In this document: positions 56,647-64,000 of the stretch, piece by piece
Layout of the letters: each line of letters opens with the position of its first letter
Position numbering within the stretch: position 1 is the first letter of the stretch
Origin: Carcharhinus longimanus
Lineage: Eukaryota
Direction of reading: 5' to 3'
Length of the DNA stretch: 64,000 nucleotides
NCBI GenBank assembly: GCA_030264375.1
Contig: JASCQW010000027.1
Span: 55,355,351-55,419,350 of the forward strand
Translations under genes and position numbers: made by a program
Notes under the pieces: generated by a model
Databases searched by the model: none
The model's input: the letters and a program-made list of their open reading frames with translations, nothing else
What the model was told of the DNA's origin: nothing

Positions 56647-59600
56647 CTGTGTGACATAATCATTGTTGTTAATATACATTGCTATTGTCACAAAATATAA
56701 ACTGGTCTAAAACTTTCTAAGATCCTGCTGGTCAACCTTATAATGAACATTCAAATTGCATTAGGCGTAAATTAAGGGGAATGTCAGAATTATTTTCTTC
56801 TTACTTCATCCTTTATAATTGGTTACAAAGCTTACGACTAAAGGTGAACATATTTCAGTGTTTTTAGTTTCTCAAATTGTTTAGTTTACTGTTGGAATGC
56901 CTTTATGAAAATGAATTCCAAGAACCTTACATTATAACATAAAAATGAACAAGAAAACCATTAAAGATAGGGAAGATTGTTAATCAGAGCTGACAAGTTA
57001 TTTCATCTGAATGTGAGAAAAAAAATAAATTTGAATGAATATTTCAAACACAAAAGGTGATAAAAATAATGAAGTGCCAACATGGAATTGGTAGAAGAAT
57101 CATTAGAAAAATTACTGATGGAACAAGAATTTTTAGTTTGGTCAGTGTCTGATATGTGTAGAAATCTATTACCATTGGCTGCATTTTTCAGTGTACTGGG
57201 GTCTCCGTCTTCCCAGTGAAAATGTCGAGGATGTTCCTGTCCTGCAGGAAATTCATGACTGTTAGCTGGTCGATTCAATCAAATGATCAACTAATTGGCC
57301 AGATCATAGAATCCCTACAGTGCAGGAGGAGGACATTTGGCCCATTGAGTTTGCATCCAACTCTGACAGATCATCTCACCCATGCCTTATCCCCATAGCC
57401 CTACCTATTTACCCTGCTAATCCCCCTAATCTACACATTTTGGGATACTAAGGGGCAACTTAGCATGGTCAATCACCTAACCTGCACATCTTTGGACTGT
57501 GGGAGGAAACCGGAGCACATAGGCACGGGGGGAATGTGAAACCTCCACACAGACAGTTACCCAAGGATGGAACTGAAAATGGGTCTCTGGCACTGTGAAA
57601 CAGCAGCGCTAACCACATTGTCACCATGCTGCCCGCACGGTGCTTATGGATGCTTCATCATCCTAGGAATGGTGGCCATTCAATTGGCCTATGAATGGGT
57701 TGGTCCCTGAGCAATCTGTCAATGTCATTTGGTGACTGTCTTATTGGCAAAATATAGCTTAACTGATGGTGAGGAGATCAGCTACCATTCCCGCTCCCAC
57801 CCCCCCACCACCCACCTCTCCCCAACCCCCATGCCACACATCCCCACCCCTCAGAACCTTCTCTTTCCTTGCTGCCTCTGCAAACTGTCCTTGAGGTGGC
57901 TGTGGTGGGGAAGAGACTTACTTCTGAAGCAGCTTTCATCAATGTTCATCCGTCTATAACAGCTCTGGACTGCCAGAGACAAACAGAAAAATAAACATCA
58001 ACTTCTGCTGGAGGACCATCAACTCTGTGAAAGGTGCTCTTCGATATGCCCATAACTCATTGGTCTTCGAGTGCCAAGAAGTAAGTTTTCAAAACTAGCA
58101 CAGAAAGGCCATTGACTAAGGCCTTCCCACCAGAATATACTGAGGGACTGGAACCCCTATAAAACCCTTCAACCAGTGAGTGTTTGATGTGAAATGTAAA
58201 TTTACATTGTAAATAAAACCTGAAAGTGGGTGTCGTTTATAGGCCCCCAAATAATGATCTGGAGGTGGGGCGGGCTGTTAACGTGCAAATAAATGCGGCG
58301 TGNNNNNNNNNNNNNNNNNNNNNNNNNNNNNNNNNNNNNNNNNNNNNNNNNNNNNNNNNNNNNNNNNNNNNNNNNNNNNNNNNNNNNNNNNNNNNNNNNN
58401 NNTGAATGGCGGGGCAGGCTCGAGGGGCTAGATGGCCTACTCCTGCTCCTATTTCTTATGTTCTTATGTTCTTATGAAAGGGCAAATGTAGTGAGGCATT
58501 TCATGCACAGAACTGAAGGAAACTGATCTGTATTGTACTTCATGTAATGTCAAATTTGAACTGTAACAAATTTTGTGAATAAAAGGGAGAAAATGATCCA
58601 ATATGAAGTGAACACCCCCTTCTCAGAGGAATATATCCCAGTTAACTAATTCTTAAGAGTTTAAGTGTAGGTGGTAGAGAGACTCCAAAACATGCACAGT
58701 GCTAACTGCAGTTTAAGCAGTTAAAACTTACTACTGTTTCTTCCTGTTACATGTCTATCTGGGACTTTCTATCCACTACAGTATAGGCTGCAGGGTTATC
58801 TGGAGATGCCTGAGAAAAATCCATATTCTTACTGGCAAGGCTACCACTCGAGATTCAATTCCAGAGTCGGTCTGTTAACAGTAATAACTTTGCAACACCC
58901 GATCTGACAGGTTCAGGGATCCAGTTACCATCTCCAGCATAGAGTAATCTAGTTCCCAATTTTCCTTGCCAGACACATCATTTTGATGCTTCATTTGAAA
59001 GAGTCTCCACAAAGGACTTGAAGTAAAAAGGGGGGAAATTCATTTCAATTATGTGGAAATTATGTGGGGAAAAGGGTGAAAGTCTTCCCTGAAAAATAGA
59101 GTACAGTTATAACATAAGTTAAGGCTGCCTGTTAACACAACAGGTTGAAACAAAGATCCCACTGAAGTACGGTTTCTTCCCTATTTACCACCAATGCATC
59201 TAAGGGCGCGAACTCTTTGGACCCCAGAGGCAGTAGAATAGCAACTATTATGTCAGACATGCTCTGTGGGCTTCAATGAAGCAGCAGAAACCCATTTTTT
59301 TTAGCTCTGAATTTTGAGTGTAAGATACATTGGCAAACCAGGATAGGGAATGAGAAGTCTATGTAAAACCTGAATAGTTTTACAGATGCTGCATTACGGA
59401 GGAAGAAACAACTTCCAGAGCTAAACAGTGAAAGATTAATGGATATTCTTTACATTAATGAGGGACAGATATCAACAAGTTCAATTTATAGGAAGGATCT
59501 TACATTTATACAATGCTTTTCACAAGCTCAGGGTGTTGTGCTTTCCTAGCAGTTAGATTGTTTTGAAGTGTAGTTAGTGTTGTATTGCAGGAAAGCACAG

Positions 59601-61833
59601 TAGTAAAATTGCACACAGCAAGGTTTCACAGACAGCAACAAGATAATCAATCTTAGTCATGTTGGTTGAAGGATAAATATTGGTCATGAAATACCAAGAG
59701 AGTCCACCTACTCTTCTTCAAATAGTACCATGAGATATTTTGCATCCAACTGAGTGGGAAGACTGAGCCTGAGATTAATATCTCATCCAAAAGATAAAAT
59801 GATGGAATAAACTGTTACCTCACACAATGGACTTGAACTTGAAAGGGATAAAGGCTTAATGCCAAAGCATGTGGGAAAAGGAACACATAGCTGTGTGGAT
59901 CCTAAGCATGAAATTTATATGATGGGCCAATCTGAATAGTATATGCCTGTTTTAAGTCTTCATTAAGGTTAACATTCTTCTATTTCTGATATTCTATTGT
60001 TTAAAAACTGCTCAAACAGTACATGTAATGGCATAGTGGTACTTGTCACTGGATTAGTAATCCAGAGACCCAGCGGAGTGCTCTGAGGGGACCTGGGTCT
60101 GAATCCCATCACGACAGGCAGTGAAATTTGTATTCAATAAAAATCTGGAATTGAAAGTCTTAATGACAATCGTTATCAATTGTCATAAAAACCTATCTGG
60201 TTCACTAATACCCTTTAGGGCAGGAAATCTGCTGTCCTTATCCAGTCTGACCTACATGTGACTCCAGAGCCACAGCAATGTGACTGACTCTAAAATGCCT
60301 TCAGGGATGGGCAATGCACCTAACTAGCACATATTCTGGGGACTGCGGGAAGAAACTGGAGCATTCAGAGAAACTCATACAAACATGGGGAGGACGTGCA
60401 GACTCTGTACAGACATTGTTCCATGCTGGGAATGGAATTCTGCCATTCTGCTGCCTTTACTGGGTACTTAATTCGCAAATCTTTAGGAAAATCATTGGGA
60501 GGTTAAGGGTGAAGTGGTGTTTTCATAAAGCTAACAGGGAAACTGCAGAAATCAACTGGCAACCTGTGGTAATTTGCAATTCATGGGGTTATCTTCTCCA
60601 CACCATAAGTCGTTGGCTGTTTGAGCATTATTAACACTGTGTTTTGTTCAGCCCTAAAAGGTGGGATATGTCCTTTATATGCCTGACACTAGATTTCTGT
60701 TCTACTCAGAACTCGGTGACGACACAAGATTCCCAGAAGACGATAGCAAAAAAAAAACCTTAGGGATGTCCCCAAAGCCTTCGTGGAGAGGTCAAACAGT
60801 CCTGCCAAGTTTTGGGATCCCTAGCTTGTGACTGACCAAATTGGAATAGGTTCATTAGGGAAGGCACAAACACAGAAATCAGTCCCACCGCCTGCACTCT
60901 CTAAATATGTTAAATGTAACTACTTAAATACCAAAACCTAGAGGGTGGTGGGAATCTGGAACTCACTATCTGTAAGAGTAATAGAGGCAGGAATCCTTAC
61001 AACATTCAATGAGCATTTTGATGAGCTCTTGGAATGCCTTTGCTTACAAGGCCAGAGGCCAAATGCTGGAAAATGAAATTAGAATTGATAGGTTCTTAAT
61101 GGCCAGAGTAGGCACGATGGACTGAGGGGCTCTTTCCATGCTGCAAAACTCAATAACTAAACCCCATCACAGTCAGTGCAGTGTGGAAGAATGGCTGTAC
61201 TGTGAACAGACGCCTGCATTTGGGTGAAACTTTAAACTTTCCCTGCTGACACTTGGTGCGTACAATTTCGAAGAAGAGTTTTATCCCAGTCCTAGCCAAT
61301 ATCTTTTCCCCAATCAATATCATAACAGAACATTATCACACTGCTGATTGTGGGATTTTGCTGCTAAGTGGTTGCCGTTTCCTACATTACAATCCACGCC
61401 CAGACTTGAAAAACACTGGCTGTCAAGCATTTTGAGATGTCCTGTGGCCTGACAGGCTCTCTATAAATTTCAGTCTTCCTACACATTAGAAAGGAGTTTC
61501 CAAGGCCCTCTTCCAGACTTTGGAAGCCGATTTCATTGAAAACGTGTGCTGGCTGGCTGCAGACTGCAACTACCAGCCTGAGGCTCTCAGGGGCAGCATC
61601 AGCCCAGTGAAGTCAGGAAGTGTTGTCGGTGAAAAGCGTGCGGTTGATGTGCACGCAGTATCTTACCGTCCGTGGCGGGGCGATGGAAATATCTCAGCAC
61701 AAGCCTCCCAGTCCGAGGTGGAGCCCAGGCGCTGCTGCACGGCTCCCGCTTCACCCTGCCGCTCCCCCGACATCAAACAGTCCCCTGCCTCCAGGAACCT
61801 CCGGGACTGCACAGCAGTCAACTCACCCGTCAT
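56535..61833 (-). CDS. fam229b: FAM229-family small protein, ~92 aa: join complement(61667..61833,56535..56646)
   Basis: Spliced product MTGELTAVQSRRFLEAGDC...SPRHGRQLRRCNGSHCLTITNVPIDVYVTMGRPSNLQCGQAS* contains the recalled FAM229 motifs RRF(P)xE(A/G)GD and RQLRRCxGSHCLTIT.VP. GT-AG phase-2 intron. Convergent position 3' of lama4, as for human FAM229B. Confidence 0.87.
57303..57634 (-). mobile_element. Full-length V-SINE (HE1-like) with CR1-type tail
   Basis: Head gggcagcatggtg...tggttagcgctgctg, V-core and tail ...gtagggattctatgat. Confidence 0.88.
58403..58476 (+). mobile_element. CR1 LINE 3' tail (young subfamily) after a gap
   Basis: Near-identical to the 38114 and 54881 tails; (TTCTTATG)3. 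Confidence 0.85.
59497..59795 (-). mobile_element. Deu-domain SINE (SacSINE1-like)
   Basis: Reverse complement of the 38880 family, plus core ctactcttcttcaaatagtaccatgagat..ttgcatccaactgag. Confidence 0.7.
60025..60315 (+). mobile_element. SINE family B, followed by a minus-strand V-SINE fragment (60316-60420)
   Basis: tggcatagtggt..gtcactggattagtaatccagagacccag...gggtctgaatccc...gggatgggcaa. Confidence 0.8.
60940..61155 (+). mobile_element. CR1 LINE 3' fragment
   Basis: agagggtggtgggaatctggaactcact...gtaatagaggcagg...ggcacgatggactgagggg. Confidence 0.7.
61240..61480 (+). mobile_element. Deu-domain SINE (SacSINE1-like), decayed
   Basis: gtcctagccaatat...cattatcacactgctgattgtgggattttgctg...gccgtttcctacattacaa...tttgagatgtcctg. 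Confidence 0.65.
61667..61833 (-). CDS. fam229b: fam229b first coding exon
   Basis: Donor CG|GTAAGA at 61666. ATG at 61833 has -3 A. An upstream in-frame ATG at 61860 lies between a polypyrimidine tract and a likely acceptor AG (61851-61850), so it is probably intronic. Confidence 0.8.
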
Positions 61834-62432
61834 AATGTTAACTTCCGAGCTGTTGGCCATGGAGAGAGAGGGAGAGAAAGGAGCAGTAAGTGTAGAAGAA
61901 CTATCAACTTCAACAGCCTAATAAACAATCAAACAGGGTGGCTAGCCCAGAACCCCTAAATAGTAATTAACANNNNNNNNNNNNNNNNNNNNNNNNCGGC
62001 TCCGAACGTAAAGGTGGTGTCCCTTCATCAAAACTAGATGGGCCAGCGTCTAACAGAGAAACAAAAAAACTAAATGGAGGCAGAGAGAAAATACACAACC
62101 TCCGACTTCTGAGAGAGAAAACTGATATCTCAGTAGCCGCAGCAAGGTTTACTGAGAGCTTCCAGCATCTTCAACCTTCGTTCCAGATTTCCGGCAGTTT
62201 AAATACTTTGTTAAATATTTAGTAACAAATATATTTATAAAAATCCTTCAGTAGACCCGAAATAACATTAATAAACGGAACTGTCATCTTTTGCGCTCCG
62301 AAAAACTACAAGTGTTTGTTAATATACCCAACGAATCGTCTCAGTATTAGCTGCCTTGCTTCATGTGACTGATATATTTGCGTGAATGTGGAAGACCTGC
62401 TCTAAGAATCTAGATCGCACTGTTTCTATTAC

Positions 62433-62640
62433 CATAAGAGAGTCCTCTCCGTCAATGTACGGGGTTTAATAATGAACAGCCACGCCGATGCTCCTAGTTA
62501 CAGTAATCAGTCTTTGGTTGAAATGTTTCCCTTTTGCGTCGGCGCCGGGAGCACAGCAGCGGCGCCCAGTGTCACAAAGACACTCTGTTGATGCGTTATC
62601 GCCAGCGCCAGTAACAGGCCATCAGGTCAGCTGGGAGTGG
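62433..62640 (-). promoter_or_regulatory. CpG-rich patch; candidate fam229b promoter or non-coding first exon
   Basis: Local CpG cluster (gcgtcggcgccggg, gcggcgccc, tcgccagcgcc) in an AT-rich background, with a possible minus-strand donor ATG|GTAATA at 62432. Inference only. Confidence 0.3.
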
Positions 62641-62662
62641 CACACACCAGCACAACACACTG

Positions 62663-62940
62663 GTGTATGTATGTCTGCCTATACATATGCATATATGTAT
62701 GTACATATGTCTATACATATGTATGTATGTCTATACATGTGTTTGTGTATATGTCTGTACATGTGTATGTATGTCTACATGTGTGCATATATGTNNNNNN
62801 NNNNNNNNNNNNNNNNNNNNNNNNNNNNNNNNNNNNNNNNNNNNNNNNNNNNNNNNNNNNNNNNNNNNNNNNNNNNNNNNNNNNNNNNNNNNNNATATGT
62901 ACGTTTTTTAATATTTACGTGTGTGTATGTATGTCCGTCT
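62663..62940. repeat. Low-complexity (TATG/TACA/TG)n tract spanning a gap
   Basis: Alternating purine-pyrimidine repeat; the MYVCLY-type ORFs here are artefacts. Confidence 0.9.
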
Positions 62941-63276
62941 ACACAGCTAGGAGAACCCTTCATCGTTGTTGACAAACACCAATTCACACTCACAATCAGC
63001 AGAATGGCAGCTGAGAAGCACAAGTGACATTGTATCATCTGGCAAGCAAGAATAGGATGGAAATGATAGCATAGCATTGGCCAGAAAACCAGCTGGCTGT
63101 TCATCAAAAACACCAATGTACACGTAGGCAGGAAAATTGTATCTATATCTGTTCAATCAATACCCAAGATTTGTTCTGGGAGTGGAGGGGGCTTAATGAT
63201 AATGTTAATTTATATAGCTTAATTCCTGAATATCTCAATATTTACGTATTGTGGCTGTGGTTTACGAATATATGCA

Positions 63277-63775
63277 GTAAGAGCAGGAGTAGGCTATTCA
63301 GCACCTCCAGCTTGCTCCGCCATTCAATAGGATTATGCTTGATCTGTTTGTGTTGATTTCCACTTGTGATTCCCTTCCCAACAAGAATCTACCGCTGCCT
63401 TAAAAATGTTTAATAACCCCAATTCCACCACCTTCTGAGGCAGAGTTCCAAAGTTGCACAATCATCTGAGAGGAAAAAAATCTCCCCATTCTATCCTTTA
63501 AGGACGACTCTAATTTTAAAGCAGTGCCCCCTAGTCCTGGACTCACCCACAAGAGGAAACATCCGGTCAACATCCACCTTGTCAAGATTATTCAATCAAG
63601 CCACCCCTCACTGGTCTAAACTCCAGAGGAAACAAGCCCAGCTTGCCAACATTTCCTCCCTCATAAGACAATTTCAGGTATCAATCTAGTAAATCTCCCC
63701 TGAATACTGGCCAACACATTTACATCCTTCCTTAAATAAGGAGACGGAAACAGCATTCTATATTCGAGATGTGGG
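63277..63775 (-). mobile_element. CR1 LINE 3' fragment
   Basis: gagcaggagtaggctattcagc...cattcaat tail; minus frame SPYLRKDVNVLASIQGRFTRLIP. Confidence 0.88.
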
Positions 63776-64000
63776 GCAGGATTCTCCTGTTTAAATGCCC
63801 ACGCCATCATTAACATGCTTTCCAAACATAAATATAAAAGTCCTTTGATATACACAAAATAATCGCAGTAAAATGAACTATCAATACTTTCACAATCCCA
63901 AAAGTTAATATACCCAAGGCTATTGTCCCACTATCAGTTTCTTTGCATCATTTTAATGATATATTTGTGTGAAGTGCAAGATTTGCTGTAATATTCTACG

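Noticed and set aside
61520-61959. Plus-strand ORFs of 133, 71 and 95 aa
   Set aside because: Antisense shadows of the GC-rich fam229b exon, with no recognisable motif.
62488-63156. ORFs rich in MYVC/HIY
   Set aside because: Translations of a low-complexity TATG/TG tract and a gap.
61973-64000. Expected tube1 start (human order LAMA4-FAM229B-TUBE1)
   Set aside because: No MTQSVVVQVGQCGNQ-like exon was found on the + strand; the gene is probably beyond the window, if synteny holds.
1-64000. CRISPR arrays, operons or other prokaryotic systems; true tRNA or rRNA genes
   Set aside because: The window is spliced vertebrate DNA; the recurring repeats are dispersed LINE/SINE ends, and the tRNA-like A/B boxes belong to SINE heads.

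Overview
Eukaryotic genomic DNA, almost certainly from a cartilaginous fish (shark-type V-SINE/HE1-like and Deu-domain SINEs, abundant CR1 LINEs and Penelope-like relics), from a gappy draft assembly. The + strand carries the last 23 coding exons (1300-51377) of laminin subunit alpha-4 (lama4): the end of the coiled coil and all five LG domains. All introns are GT-AG and phase-consistent, giving 3407 nt of spliced CDS with one open frame to TAG. Downstream on the - strand is a convergent two-coding-exon small-protein gene of the FAM229 family (about 92 aa, FAM229B by synteny); the ORF track does not show its conserved exon. The introns are dense with retroelements. The most notable unexplained structures are: (1) a CR1 LINE that appears to split a U2 snRNA 5' fragment exactly between U2 nt 37 and 38; (2) several local copies of intronic sequence, two of which begin at lama4 splice-donor junctions; (3) a ~540-bp element with inverted ends, each carrying a decayed minimal hammerhead-ribozyme core. 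Comparisons with human proteins, U2 and repeat families are from recalled sequence, not database searches.
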